Origin: an uncultured Candidatus Saccharibacteria bacterium
GTDB lineage: Bacteria > Patescibacteriota > Saccharimonadia > Saccharimonadales > JANWIN01
DNA: 49,723 nucleotides
Assembly (NCBI GenBank): GCA_964652125.1
Contig: CAZZAE010000001.1
Location: forward strand, 2,908-52,630
Direction of reading: 5' to 3'
Positions 10,188 through 20,513 of this stretch are shown piece by piece. The notes beneath the pieces were generated by a model that made no database searches, was not told the DNA's origin, and saw only the letters and a program-made list of their open reading frames with translations. The position numbers were made by a program, and so were the translations under genes. Positions within the stretch are counted from its first letter, which is position 1; every line of letters starts with the position of its first letter.

Positions 10188-11576
10188 ATGAAGAAGCTAT
10201 CTCCACCCATAAAGGTAGTGCTTTTATTGGTAGTAATTTTTGCTATTAGTCTAGGTTATGCATTGCTTCATAAATCTGAAGCGGCCAGTGCCGATGTAAA
10301 TAGCGATGGGACTGTAGATATTTTTGATTTAAGCATTCTCGCCAGTAATTGGAACAAAACCGGTCAAACCTTCGCCCAAGGTGATATTAATGGTGACGGC
10401 ATTGTAAACATTTTAGATCTCAGTGTTTTAGCTAGCCAATGGGGAGCCGCAAATACTTGTACAGGTGTAAATATGACCAATGGCCAAACCGATATTAATA
10501 ATAATCCTAGTGGAACAACTTTTTGTTTAAGCGGTACTCATAACTGGACCTTGACGCCGAAATCTGGTGATTCATTTATCGGCCCGGCTATTTTAGACGG
10601 AACTCATACTACCCAATATGCCATATTAGGTAATGGCACTTCTAACGTCACTCTATCTAACCTGGAAGTACGAAATTATTATGCCAATGCCAATTCACTA
10701 GCCGCAATTGCCGGACACGGCACTACTAACTGGAAATTCTTAAACTTACAAGTACACGATAATGGTACCAGCGGACAAGGTGGTACGGGCGCAGAGTTAG
10801 GAGCATTCTCACAAGTCGTTGGTGGGCGTTATTACAATAACCGTCATCTTGGTATCGGTGGTGGAGGCGGTGCTCATGACTGGGTAATTAATGGTGCCGA
10901 GATTGATCATAATAATTTTACTGATGATACTTACACAACTCGAGACACGGATTGTGGCTGGGAAGCCGGGGGAGTAAAGTATGTCGCCTATAACATAACG
11001 ATTGAAAATTCTAAAGTTCACGACAATGCCTGTAAGGGCATTTGGTCAGATATCAACGCCAACAATAATACAATTATTAACAACCAAGTCTACAACAACT
11101 GGGATGAGGGTATCTTTATGGAAATAAGTTCCAATGGGACAATTTCTGGTAATACTGTTTATGGGAATGGACTAAAAGACATTAACGGTTGTACCTGGTT
11201 ATGGAGTGGCGGTATTACCCTTGCCGCGTCAGATCACTTTGATGTCCATGACAATATCGTCTATGGCAACTGCAACCCTATCACAGGTATTCAACAGACT
11301 CGAACTGATGGTAATCCAGGACTGCTCGAATTTGACAGTTTCCACGATAATCAAATCTATGCCACTACGGCAACCCATGGAATCACAGGTGTAGTTTCAG
11401 ACAATGGATCCGATCTATCGACCCGAAATATTACATTTACAAACAATCATTATCACCTGTCGAATTTGACTGGCAATTGGTTTGAATGGAAAAATAGCAC
11501 CATCAATAAAACGACTTGGGTTGGATACGGAAATGATACCACCGGCACTTTTGATACAAACACAACTGTTCCCTAG
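10188..11576 (+). CDS. secreted dockerin + right-handed parallel beta-helix (pectin lyase-like) protein
   Basis: Signal ending SEAA; dockerin DVNSDGTVDIFDLS/DINGDGIVNILDLS; repeated VHDN/IxNNxVYxN..GI beta-helix rungs. Confidence 0.8.
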   Translation: MKKLSPPIKVVLLLVVIFAISLGYALLHKSEAASADVNSDGTVDIFDLSILASNWNKTGQTFAQGDINGDGIVNILDLSVLASQWGAANTCTGVNMTNGQTDINNNPSGTTFCLSGTHNWTLTPKSGDSFIGPAILDGTHTTQYAILGNGTSNVTLSNLEVRNYYANANSLAAIAGHGTTNWKFLNLQVHDNGTSGQGGTGAELGAFSQVVGGRYYNNRHLGIGGGGGAHDWVINGAEIDHNNFTDDTYTTRDTDCGWEAGGVKYVAYNITIENSKVHDNACKGIWSDINANNNTIINNQVYNNWDEGIFMEISSNGTISGNTVYGNGLKDINGCTWLWSGGITLAASDHFDVHDNIVYGNCNPITGIQQTRTDGNPGLLEFDSFHDNQIYATTATHGITGVVSDNGSDLSTRNITFTNNHYHLSNLTGNWFEWKNSTINKTTWVGYGNDTTGTFDTNTTVP

Positions 11577-11605
11577 ATACTTAAGTTCCAAAGCTAGTCT
11601 CGGCT

Positions 11606-12379
11606 TTACTTGCTTTTGTAAACAAGCTTATATAAATTAAACCAGTCTTCGAGACTAAGCGCTTGAGCTCTATTTTGTATCGGTATGCTGGCCTCCTCTA
11701 GTAATTTCTCAATTTCTTTCTTATCTTGTTGCAGACCAGCGCTCAATGAATTTATCAAAGTTTTACGACGATTAGCAAAACCAGCTTTAACTAGCCGGAA
11801 AAATAGTTTGTTGTCGACATCAAAGATTGGACTGGTTCGTCTTTTAAGTATTAGGATCTGGGAGTCGACTTTAGGAGCCGGTTTAAAAAGTTTGGCCGGG
11901 ACAACTTGGCCCAGACTAACTTGGCAATAATACTGGATACTAACGGCAAGAATACTCATGTCTCCCGGAGCGGCATTAACACGCTCGGCAACCTCTTTTT
12001 GAACGAGTAGTGCTGCTCGAGAGAAAGGATTGGCAGACTCGCAGAGAATCCTTAGTAACTTATTAGTTAGATAGTAAGGAATGTTGGCGACCACTTTATA
12101 GTCTTTAGGAAGTTTGGTCAGGTCAAAGCTTAAAATATCACCAGCAATAACTTCCAAATTATTAGCTGTTTTAGAATTTAACAAACTAGCCAGAGATTCA
12201 TCTAGTTCAACGGCAATTACGTGCTTAGCTTTAGCTGTTAAGAGTTTTGTTAGGCTCCCTTGTCCGGGACCAATTTCCAAAACAACATCATCACTACTAA
12301 CCTCTGCAGCTTGGCGGATAGCTTCCAGACTGGCTTGGTCATTTAGCCAGTGCTGACCAAGTGACTTATTGTTTATCAT
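11606..12379 (-). CDS. rsmA: 16S rRNA adenine dimethyltransferase
   Basis: KSLGQHWL, VLEIGPGQG, VANIPYY, QKEVAER, PAPKVDS, RRKTL. Confidence 0.95.
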   Translation of the reverse strand: MINNKSLGQHWLNDQASLEAIRQAAEVSSDDVVLEIGPGQGSLTKLLTAKAKHVIAVELDESLASLLNSKTANNLEVIAGDILSFDLTKLPKDYKVVANIPYYLTNKLLRILCESANPFSRAALLVQKEVAERVNAAPGDMSILAVSIQYYCQVSLGQVVPAKLFKPAPKVDSQILILKRRTSPIFDVDNKLFFRLVKAGFANRRKTLINSLSAGLQQDKKEIEKLLEEASIPIQNRAQALSLEDWFNLYKLVYKSK

Positions 12380-12798
12380 AAATCTAGTAATTTTAGACCG
12401 GTTGGCTCATCTAACTGCCGAGTTAGTCCATTCTCATACCAGCGGTGTATAAGTACTTCACAGGTTCCACCCACTTCCAATTCCTTAACGTGTCCACCCC
12501 AAGCTTGCATATTACTATCTGAGAAGCTGCCGTGAATATGAAGCACGGGCTCGCTTGTGTCCCAACTAATATTGCCTTGTAAACCGGTTATTTCCAGCGG
12601 TTGGTCTAGTTTTTTCCAGGTATATTGTTTGGTTCCTAAATTATAAAATCCCAGTTCGACATTTTCACACGCGCCCAAGCCACTAAGCCAAGCACCACCA
12701 ATTTTTTGGTCTTTTACTAGAGCTGTTAACTGCTCAACAAGCTTTTCACCTTTTTGTAGTCTAACTAGCCAATTATAGCCGTCATATCTATATTTCAT
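12376..12798 (-). CDS. PPC/DUF296 domain protein
   Basis: VRLQKGE, GLGA, EITGLQGNI, HIHGSFSD, GGH; 4-bp overlap with rsmA start. Confidence 0.85.
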   Translation of the reverse strand: MKYRYDGYNWLVRLQKGEKLVEQLTALVKDQKIGGAWLSGLGACENVELGFYNLGTKQYTWKKLDQPLEITGLQGNISWDTSEPVLHIHGSFSDSNMQAWGGHVKELEVGGTCEVLIHRWYENGLTRQLDEPTGLKLLDL

Positions 12799-12817
12799 AT
12801 CTCAATTGTATCAGCCC

Positions 12818-14098
12818 TTACCAATAAGTATGCGCATACCAGAAGTTGTAGGCTCCAGACCAACTACCATAGTGACCATCGGCATAACTAGTGGCCCATT
12901 TTAGTTGAGTGACGGCACTAGTCTGCCAGTCATTACCAAAAGGAGCCATTTTATCGCCCGGCGTTGCTTGACCCAAGCCATAGCCATAGCAACAGGTTGG
13001 AATGCTGGCCGGAGCAAAGCCCGGACAACTACCATACTGACCTTGAAGTTTAGTTGGGCACCAACCTGATTCACGACTAACTATGTAGTTAACATAAGGA
13101 TAGTCGGATGAGGATATGCCAGCGGCACTCATTAGGACTGACTTATCGGCAGGAATGTAGATGGCTTTACCCCGGGCAATTATTTCCGTAACCGGATGGA
13201 CAGCAATGATTTCTTGGATCTTTTTACGTGATATTTCCTTGCCATTTTTTGTTGTAATTGAGTAGGTTACCAGTTTCTTGCCGGCCGCACCCTTCTGACG
13301 AAGAACCGTGGTGCCAAAAGATAAGCTGCTATCTTCAATAGTTTTAGTCGGCGCTGGTATGGCCTCAGTAACACTAATTATCTTGGTGCCTTTTCGCGAA
13401 ACTATGACGGACAAGCCAGGTGTAATATGCGTAGAGAAACTCGGACTGACATTGTCGCTATGACTAAGTTTTACATTTTCCTGTGTGAGTAACTCACGAA
13501 CAGTTTTAGCATGGGACCTGATTGCTACTGGTGTACCGTATAGATTCAAATAAACCAAGGTAGCCGGGTCAATAACAAGTTCTTGGCCAATACTGCCGGT
13601 ATGAAGAATATTATCTGGAATTTTAAGTTCTAGATTGTCTTCGGGATAAACCTGGACACCGGCTTGGGCGGCAATACTGCGTGGTGTTGTGGCGGCACTA
13701 AAGACAAAAGTTCGGTGTATGCCCTCGACGATGGTGATAGGCTGAGCACGGTAAACATTAACCCTAAAGTTGTCTTCAACTATATTAGTAGTAAGATCTG
13801 GTTCGACAACATCTCCCTTGTTAATCTTTATTTTAAGTCGCTTTAGCAGCTCACCTACAGTTGGTGCCCGGGTAGGAACGGTAGTTTGTTTTTTATCGTT
13901 GGTCAGTATGACTACATGGGAATCTCCAGCCCCGACTGTTTGCCCTCCCAGGGCAACAAAAGCTACAGCTGTAATAAACAGTAAAGAAATAAGTGTTGTA
14001 ACCGGAACAATGAAAGGGTGGTTTTTGAATCTTAGCAGTCGCTTGCGTTTTGAAGACACGTATTTTTTAGAGAATTTTCTGAACTTGAATTTACGCAT
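12818..14098 (-). CDS. resuscitation-promoting factor/YabE-like protein (TM, DUF348 repeats, G5, lysozyme-like C-terminus)
   Basis: TRAPTVGELL/AKTVRELL DUF348 repeats; G5 GAAGKKLVTY..PVTEIIARG; catalytic-like SRESGW, YGLGQA, YGSWSGA; ATG 14098 preferred over TTG 14137. Confidence 0.8.
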   Translation of the reverse strand: MRKFKFRKFSKKYVSSKRKRLLRFKNHPFIVPVTTLISLLFITAVAFVALGGQTVGAGDSHVVILTNDKKQTTVPTRAPTVGELLKRLKIKINKGDVVEPDLTTNIVEDNFRVNVYRAQPITIVEGIHRTFVFSAATTPRSIAAQAGVQVYPEDNLELKIPDNILHTGSIGQELVIDPATLVYLNLYGTPVAIRSHAKTVRELLTQENVKLSHSDNVSPSFSTHITPGLSVIVSRKGTKIISVTEAIPAPTKTIEDSSLSFGTTVLRQKGAAGKKLVTYSITTKNGKEISRKKIQEIIAVHPVTEIIARGKAIYIPADKSVLMSAAGISSSDYPYVNYIVSRESGWCPTKLQGQYGSCPGFAPASIPTCCYGYGLGQATPGDKMAPFGNDWQTSAVTQLKWATSYADGHYGSWSGAYNFWYAHTYW

Positions 14099-14175
14099 AT
14101 TGGCGGTTTTGGATGATAATTGTCCACCCAAAGCCAACTAACAGTTTAACAAAGTTAACGATGCTACTAAAGTGG

Positions 14176-16326
14176 CTAGGAAAGTTTTTCTATTGGCGCA
14201 AAGACCGCGTTCAATCTTTTTACGCCTTTGTTTTGAAACTGAATGGTCACTTCATCACCATCTACTGCCATGACAGTGCCATTGCCAAATAATTCATGGT
14301 GCACTCCATCACCCTGTGATAGTTCCGGCACATAGCGTGGTTCATTTGAACTTGATGTTGAAGATGTATTACTAGCAGAAAAACCAAAAACTTGGTCAGG
14401 TGTTTCTACGCTGGCTGCCAGGCCGTCAATATCTGCCAAGAAACGACTGGGCGGATTGTGTTGCAAACCACCATATAACATACGCGAGGAAGCTGAAATT
14501 AAATAAAGTTCCTGTTTGGCCCGAGTCATGCCGACGTAACAGAGACGTCTTTCTTCTTCCATTTCAGATTGATCATACAAGGCGCGGGAATGCGGAAAAA
14601 TTGACTCCTCCATTACAGCCATAAACACAACTGGAAACTCCAATCCCTTAGCGCTGTGCAGGGTCATCAAGGTTACAGAATCACTGCCAAACTCGACACC
14701 GTCTAAATCGCTGACCAGTGAAACTTCCTCTAAAAAGCCAGCCAGACCCAGATCACGATATTCCTCAGCCACACTAATTAGTTCACGAACGTTTTCCTGT
14801 CGAGCTTCACCCTGCGGTGTACCATCATCCAAATAATGCAGGTAATCAATTCGGCGAATCAAACTGTCTATTAACGCTGGTACTGGCGCGTCAGCCATAA
14901 CTCCTCGCAAACTAGCTAGAGTGTCGCTAAGTTCAGCCAAAGCTTGTCGAGCTCTAGGCGTCAGATCTCCACATTGACCAACTGTCTCGAGAGCCTCAAG
15001 CAAAGTTAAGCCTTGGGTAGTTTGCCAACTCATAAAAGTTTGCAAGGATTTAGTACCAACAGCTCGGACGGGTACATTGGCAATACGCTCGAAACTTATT
15101 CGATCTTCTGGTTGGAAAATTAATCTAAGATAAGCCATGACGTCTTTAATCTCTTTACGGTCATAAAAACGTACTCCACCAACAATTCGGTAAGGAATAC
15201 CCCAGCGGACAAAAGTTTCCTCTATTGCACGACTTTGAGCATTGGTTCGATACAAGACTGCAAAATCTTTATAGGCCCTAGCCTTTATATCTACGGACGA
15301 TTGAACCCGACGAACTATGGCTTCCGCTTCGGCTCGTTCACCTTGAACTTGTAGCATTTGGACAGGCAGACCATCGTCGGCCGCCGTCCAGAGTTTTTTA
15401 TCAGAGCGCTGCTGGTTTTTAGTAATAACGTTATGGGCAGCATCTAAAATGTGTTTGGTACTACGATAATTTTGTTCTAGTTTAATAATTGCGGCTTTGG
15501 GATAATCTTTCTCAAAGTTTAGAATGTTTCTAAAGTCAGCACCCCGCCATGAATAGATTGATTGCCAGTCATCACCAACGACTGCAATGTTGTTGTCTTT
15601 TCCGGTTAAGAGTTTTACTAACTTGTACTGAGCAGCATTAGTGTCTTGATACTCATCAATCATGACGTAGCGAAATTGCTGCTGCCATTTACTTCGAATC
15701 TGAGAGTTTTTAGTTAGCAGAGCAACGGTTTTACCGATTAAATCATCAAAATCCAGAGCTGAGTTATTCCTCAATAGTTTTTCATAGAGCGGGAAGACTT
15801 TGGCAGCACTTCGCTCAGCTGGTGAGTTGGCTAGACTGGCATATTGCTGGGGAGTTACTAATTCGTTTTTGGCACTGCTTATTAATCCTCCGATTAAGCG
15901 AGGCGGAAAAGCTTTTTCATCTAGGTTTAATTGTTTACTAACCTGCTTTACTGCAGCTTGTCTATCTTGTTCATCATAAATTATAAAACTACGAGGAATA
16001 CTAATATGTTCACCGTCTTGTCGAAGTAATCGCACACAAATGCTATGAAAAGTACCAAGAAACGGCATAAAGTTACGACTCTTCGCATTTTCACCAAGAA
16101 GATGGGCGGCACGTTCGCGCATTTCTCCAGCCGCTTTATTAGTAAAAGTTACGGCTAAAATATTAAATGGTGAAGCTTTATGGTTGGCTATCAGGTATGC
16201 GATTCGGTGGGTTAAAGTTTTAGTCTTACCACTTCCAGCGCCAGCCAGTATTAGTAGTGGGCCCTCAGTTGTCTCCACAGCCCGTTTTTGCTCGGGGTTT
16301 AAGCCCTCAAATAAGTCATTTGTCAC
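14176..16326 (-). CDS. pcrA: ATP-dependent DNA helicase PcrA/UvrD
   Basis: AGAGSGKT, TFTNKAA, DEYQDTN, VGDDWQSIY, LEQNYRS, TLHSAKGLEF, EERRLCYVGMTRA, C-terminal Tudor-like domain. Confidence 0.95.
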   Translation of the reverse strand: MTNDLFEGLNPEQKRAVETTEGPLLILAGAGSGKTKTLTHRIAYLIANHKASPFNILAVTFTNKAAGEMRERAAHLLGENAKSRNFMPFLGTFHSICVRLLRQDGEHISIPRSFIIYDEQDRQAAVKQVSKQLNLDEKAFPPRLIGGLISSAKNELVTPQQYASLANSPAERSAAKVFPLYEKLLRNNSALDFDDLIGKTVALLTKNSQIRSKWQQQFRYVMIDEYQDTNAAQYKLVKLLTGKDNNIAVVGDDWQSIYSWRGADFRNILNFEKDYPKAAIIKLEQNYRSTKHILDAAHNVITKNQQRSDKKLWTAADDGLPVQMLQVQGERAEAEAIVRRVQSSVDIKARAYKDFAVLYRTNAQSRAIEETFVRWGIPYRIVGGVRFYDRKEIKDVMAYLRLIFQPEDRISFERIANVPVRAVGTKSLQTFMSWQTTQGLTLLEALETVGQCGDLTPRARQALAELSDTLASLRGVMADAPVPALIDSLIRRIDYLHYLDDGTPQGEARQENVRELISVAEEYRDLGLAGFLEEVSLVSDLDGVEFGSDSVTLMTLHSAKGLEFPVVFMAVMEESIFPHSRALYDQSEMEEERRLCYVGMTRAKQELYLISASSRMLYGGLQHNPPSRFLADIDGLAASVETPDQVFGFSASNTSSTSSSNEPRYVPELSQGDGVHHELFGNGTVMAVDGDEVTIQFQNKGVKRLNAVFAPIEKLS

Positions 16327-16356
16327 TAAGTAATTTTAACAGAGAAACAAGAAGTT

Positions 16357-17058
16357 TTACTTAGTCATATTTTTCATAAATATCATGGCGCCAACTATTA
16401 CGGCGGCGGCGATAACAATAAGTATGATTAAATTTAGTGAGCGTTTATTACGAGACTTGCTTATTGGCACAAAGTATTTTTGATCGGCAATAAGCTTATC
16501 CAGGGCCTCTTGTTTAGCTTGACTTTGTTGGGTTTGTTTTTCAGCTTTTTTTTGGGCTTCAGTTTGGCCGGCACTATCAGTGGATATTGTAGTTGTGTCT
16601 GAGTCATCCGATTCGCTTTCGTCATCTTTATCTTCATCCTTTTCATCAGGTTGATTATCTGGTTCGCTTTCGGAAGTTTCAGACTCTACCTCAGCTGTAT
16701 CGGCTTTGGCTGGTTCGTCAGCTTTTGGCTTATCGGATTCTTCTGATTTATCTGTTTGGGCTTCACCCCTGGGTTGGATTTTCACATTTTTGATCGACGG
16801 AGTAGCATCCTCTTTTTCTTGCTCGTCGGCAACGGCAGACGGACTTCCAGAGGGTTTATCTTCTGGCTCAAGTTCTGAGTCCATATTTTTTTTGGTTCCC
16901 TCGGTTAACTCACTGACATCCGTGGCTGTGACCATGGGATCCTTCAGCATATTCTTATGTCCAACAATAACTGGGCGCGCACCTGCTGAGGCCATGGTTT
17001 TACCGGGTTTGGTTATATCAAAGACTTTTTTGGTTTCTTCGTCGTTATTGTCCGCCAT
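16357..17058 (-). CDS. acidic low-complexity protein with C-terminal membrane anchor
   Basis: D/E-rich body, C-terminal LIILIVIAAAVIVGAMIF; ATG 17058 overlaps the tpiA 3' end. Confidence 0.7.
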   Translation of the reverse strand: MADNNDEETKKVFDITKPGKTMASAGARPVIVGHKNMLKDPMVTATDVSELTEGTKKNMDSELEPEDKPSGSPSAVADEQEKEDATPSIKNVKIQPRGEAQTDKSEESDKPKADEPAKADTAEVESETSESEPDNQPDEKDEDKDDESESDDSDTTTISTDSAGQTEAQKKAEKQTQQSQAKQEALDKLIADQKYFVPISKSRNKRSLNLIILIVIAAAVIVGAMIFMKNMTK

Positions 17059-17842
17059 CGTTGGCCTGTCCTTCACTCTGTAATCTGTCAGCAGCTTCAA
17101 CTATGCCGGCAAATTTGTGATAGTTCAAGCTAGCAGCCCCAACCAGGGCACCGTCACAACCTTCAATTTCCAGATAGCCCCTGACAATTTGGTCATCTAC
17201 ACTACCACCATAGAGTAGTCTGACTGCTTTAGAAGCTTTTTCACCGTATAAATGCCTTATCTGCATACGGATAAAATCCATTTCTATTTTAACTTCGTCT
17301 GGTTTGGCTAATATTCCACCGAATGTCGAGATTGCCCAGACTGGCTCATATGCTATGACTACTTGTTTGATCTGCTCGCTAGTTACATTACTAAGAGCGG
17401 TAGTCACCTGATCGTGCAAGACTTGCTGGGTTTCTCCCTGGCGTCGCTCAGTTTGAGTTTCACCAACACATAGTATTGGACTAATGTCGTTTCTAAGGGC
17501 GGCGGCGACTTTATCACGGATCATTGGTAAATCTTCATTAAAATACATCCGCCTCTCAGAGTGTCCAATAATTACGTAGTGGACTAACTCTTGGAGCATA
17601 GTAAACGACACTTCACCGGTAAAGGCACCAGCATCCTTAAAAAAAGCGTTTTGAGCCGCTAGGCGGAATTTGCGTCGGTCAATCTGTAAGCTTAATGGCT
17701 GGAGGGTTAGCAAGCTGGGAGCTAGTACCACCTCTATATCACGGTGAATTTTAATACGCTCCTGCAGGCGATGCACCAGCAGGCTGGCTTGGGCGCTATC
17801 CAGGTTCATTTTCCAATTGCCGACAATTAACAGTCTATTCAT
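17045..17842 (-). CDS. tpiA: triosephosphate isomerase
   Basis: GNWKMN, GAFTGEVS, IGHSERR, AYEPVWAI, YGGSV, GALVGAASL. Confidence 0.97.
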   Translation of the reverse strand: MNRLLIVGNWKMNLDSAQASLLVHRLQERIKIHRDIEVVLAPSLLTLQPLSLQIDRRKFRLAAQNAFFKDAGAFTGEVSFTMLQELVHYVIIGHSERRMYFNEDLPMIRDKVAAALRNDISPILCVGETQTERRQGETQQVLHDQVTTALSNVTSEQIKQVVIAYEPVWAISTFGGILAKPDEVKIEMDFIRMQIRHLYGEKASKAVRLLYGGSVDDQIVRGYLEIEGCDGALVGAASLNYHKFAGIVEAADRLQSEGQANDGGQ

Positions 17843-17894
17843 GGTTGTTTGAGGTTAATGCTTATGGCTATTATTGTACTATAGCTTGCCCGAA

Positions 17895-19067
17895 TTAGCC
17901 CTTGTTTTGCAAAACCTCTACACCTGGCAACTTTTTACCACTCATAAGTTCCAGGCTTGCCCCACCGCCAGTTGAGACAAAACTAAACTTATCGTGCAAT
18001 CCGTCATTATCTATAAAAGAGGCTGTATCACCACCACCAATAATACTGGTGGTATGACTGGCAATGATGCGATTGGCTAAATCCTTAGAGGCGGTAGCAA
18101 ACGCTGGCTTTTCAGTTATCCCGAGTGGTCCATTCCAAATTACAGTACCACCCTGGTCCAAAACGGATTGGACTTGGGCAACCGATTGGGGTCCTAGATC
18201 GGCAATAATATCTGTCTGACCAACGTCGTTGGTACTCACTGTTCGGACATTAGAAGCTTGATCGACACTATCTGTAACAACTACATCTAGTGGTAGGAAT
18301 ATATTGACTTGGTGGTCTTTGGCAGCTTGCTCTACTTTTTGGGCGGTCGGTATTTCAGAAGTCTCAACCAAGCTTTTGCCGGTTGGCAATTTATTGGCAG
18401 CTAAAAAGGTATTAGCCATAGCTCCGCCTATTAACAAATCTTGAGCTCGAGTTAAGAAATTATCTATGAAATCTATCTTGGTTGAAATTTTGGCCCCACC
18501 AATAATAACCAGTAGTGGTCGTTTGGGGTTTTCCATAGCTCGGGTAATCGTGCTGACTTCTTGCTCAATTTGAAATCCTGCTACGGCCGGTAAATATTTT
18601 GGTATGCCGACAATTGAGGCATGTTCGCGGTGAGTTGCTGTAAAATCATCGTCCACATAGACTTCTCCATAAGTGGCTAGTTGACGGGCAAACTCTGGAT
18701 CATTAGCCTCCTCTTCCTTGTGAAAACGCAGGTTCTCAAGCATGACAACTTCACCCGGTTGAAGAGCTTTGATCGCGGTCTGTGCCTCACCCCCAAGACA
18801 ATCGGGGACAAACTTAACTGTACGTGCTAGCAATTTAGATAAGACTGGAGCTACCGGAGCTAAGCTTTGGCCTTCGGTACTATGGTGGCTAATTAGCACC
18901 AGCTTAGCACCTTGCTCAATTAAATATTGCAAGGTTGGCAAAGCAGCCTTGAGCCGCAGTTCGTCCACGACTTGACCGTTTTCAATCGGTACATTCAAAG
19001 AGGTCCTGACAATAACGGTCTTCCCTTTAGTATCGATATCTCTGACAGTTTTTTTATCAAACGCCAT
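17895..19067 (-). CDS. pgk: phosphoglycerate kinase
   Basis: LNVP, LENLRFHKEEE, GGAKISTK, WNGPLG, GGGDT, STGGGASLE. Confidence 0.97.
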   Translation of the reverse strand: MAFDKKTVRDIDTKGKTVIVRTSLNVPIENGQVVDELRLKAALPTLQYLIEQGAKLVLISHHSTEGQSLAPVAPVLSKLLARTVKFVPDCLGGEAQTAIKALQPGEVVMLENLRFHKEEEANDPEFARQLATYGEVYVDDDFTATHREHASIVGIPKYLPAVAGFQIEQEVSTITRAMENPKRPLLVIIGGAKISTKIDFIDNFLTRAQDLLIGGAMANTFLAANKLPTGKSLVETSEIPTAQKVEQAAKDHQVNIFLPLDVVVTDSVDQASNVRTVSTNDVGQTDIIADLGPQSVAQVQSVLDQGGTVIWNGPLGITEKPAFATASKDLANRIIASHTTSIIGGGDTASFIDNDGLHDKFSFVSTGGGASLELMSGKKLPGVEVLQNKG

Positions 19068-19079
19068 GTTATCTATATT

Positions 19080-20513
19080 TTATAGTATTCGGACTTTAAT
19101 CGTATCGGTCGTTCCTACAACGCCTGGATATTGGCCAGAAGCAGTTACCACTATATCACCTGCTTTTAGGACCTTATTGTCTTTGAGCCAGTTGGTCAGC
19201 TTGGTAGCGGCATGGGTATCGGCGGGTCGAACATAGCTCTTAGTACCATAGACAATCGATAACTGCTGGGCGGAACGTTTATCTGAGGTGACGGCAATAA
19301 TGGGAATAGTTGGGCGAAAAGAGGCAACCTGCATAGCGGTGGCCCCGGACTTAGTTTCGGCTACAATGGCCCGTGCCCCAACGTTATTAGCTAGTTCTAT
19401 AACGGCGGATGAGACCGCCGATTGACGACTGTGTTCGTGCGGAGCATTAGGATATTTTACTTCCACTGGGTTATTGGTTTCAGTGTAGCGTATGACCCGT
19501 TTCATAAAATCCACAGATTCAATCGGGTAGCGACCATTAGCTGTTTCATCACTCAGCATTACGCAGTCCGTTCCTAGAATAACTGCAGTTGCCACATCAG
19601 AGACTTCAGCTCTTGTCGGTTCTGGAAATTCAGTCATAGAGCCTAACATTTGGGTAGCCACAATAGTTGGTTTGGCATATTTGAGGCCGAGGCTAATAAT
19701 ATTGCGTTGGGCAATTGGTACCGATTCAGGACTGGTTTCTATCGCCATATCTCCACGGGCAATCATTACGGCGTCACTGGACTTTACAATCGCTTCAATG
19801 TCAGCCACCGCTGCGGGTGTTTCAATCTTGGCAATAATTTTAGCACTGCTGCCGTATCCTTTTAGAAGTGTCCGTAAATGTTCGACGTCGTGAGCTGATT
19901 GAACATAGCTCATAGCCACCCAATCGACATCTTTGCCGGATCCGTAGGCTATATCCTTACGATCTTTAGTAGTAATAATATCGCCTTCAAAACTGGTATC
20001 AGGTAAATTAATACCTTTTCGCTTAATTAAGATACCGTTGTTGTTAGCCTCAGCATAAACCACTCCATCTTTAACACTAGTAACTGTAGTGCGCATTTTG
20101 CCGTCATAAAGATAGAGTCGTTCACCTCTCTTAACATGCAAGCTGAGATCGTGTTGAGTTGGGATAATGCCCGACCGAGCGTAATCGGCTTTGAAGCCAA
20201 AACTAAGATGTTGACCATTCTCGATATTGAGTACACCTTCAAAGTCGCCCAAGCGAAGTTTCGGTCCTTGCAGATCTTGAATAATTGCTACTGGTTTACC
20301 GTATTGCTGGCTAGCTTTTCTAATCCACTTTATTTGCTGATCACGTTCTTCTTCACTACCATGGCTAAAATTTAAGCGCAGTCCATTAGCCCCAGCTTTA
20401 ATCAGAGATTCGATAGCTTCATAGGTATTGGTCACGGGACCGATAGTAGCTATTATTTTGGTGCGCTTGTACTTCGCAAGCGGCACGTTTGGTACGCGGT
20501 TTGTAATTTCCAT
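19080..20513 (-). CDS. pyk: pyruvate kinase
   Basis: RTKIIATIGP, RLNFSHG, DLQGPKLR, IIAKIE, MIARGD, ATQMLGSM, PTRAEVSDV, MLSDETA. Confidence 0.97.
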   Translation of the reverse strand: MEITNRVPNVPLAKYKRTKIIATIGPVTNTYEAIESLIKAGANGLRLNFSHGSEEERDQQIKWIRKASQQYGKPVAIIQDLQGPKLRLGDFEGVLNIENGQHLSFGFKADYARSGIIPTQHDLSLHVKRGERLYLYDGKMRTTVTSVKDGVVYAEANNNGILIKRKGINLPDTSFEGDIITTKDRKDIAYGSGKDVDWVAMSYVQSAHDVEHLRTLLKGYGSSAKIIAKIETPAAVADIEAIVKSSDAVMIARGDMAIETSPESVPIAQRNIISLGLKYAKPTIVATQMLGSMTEFPEPTRAEVSDVATAVILGTDCVMLSDETANGRYPIESVDFMKRVIRYTETNNPVEVKYPNAPHEHSRQSAVSSAVIELANNVGARAIVAETKSGATAMQVASFRPTIPIIAVTSDKRSAQQLSIVYGTKSYVRPADTHAATKLTNWLKDNKVLKAGDIVVTASGQYPGVVGTTDTIKVRIL

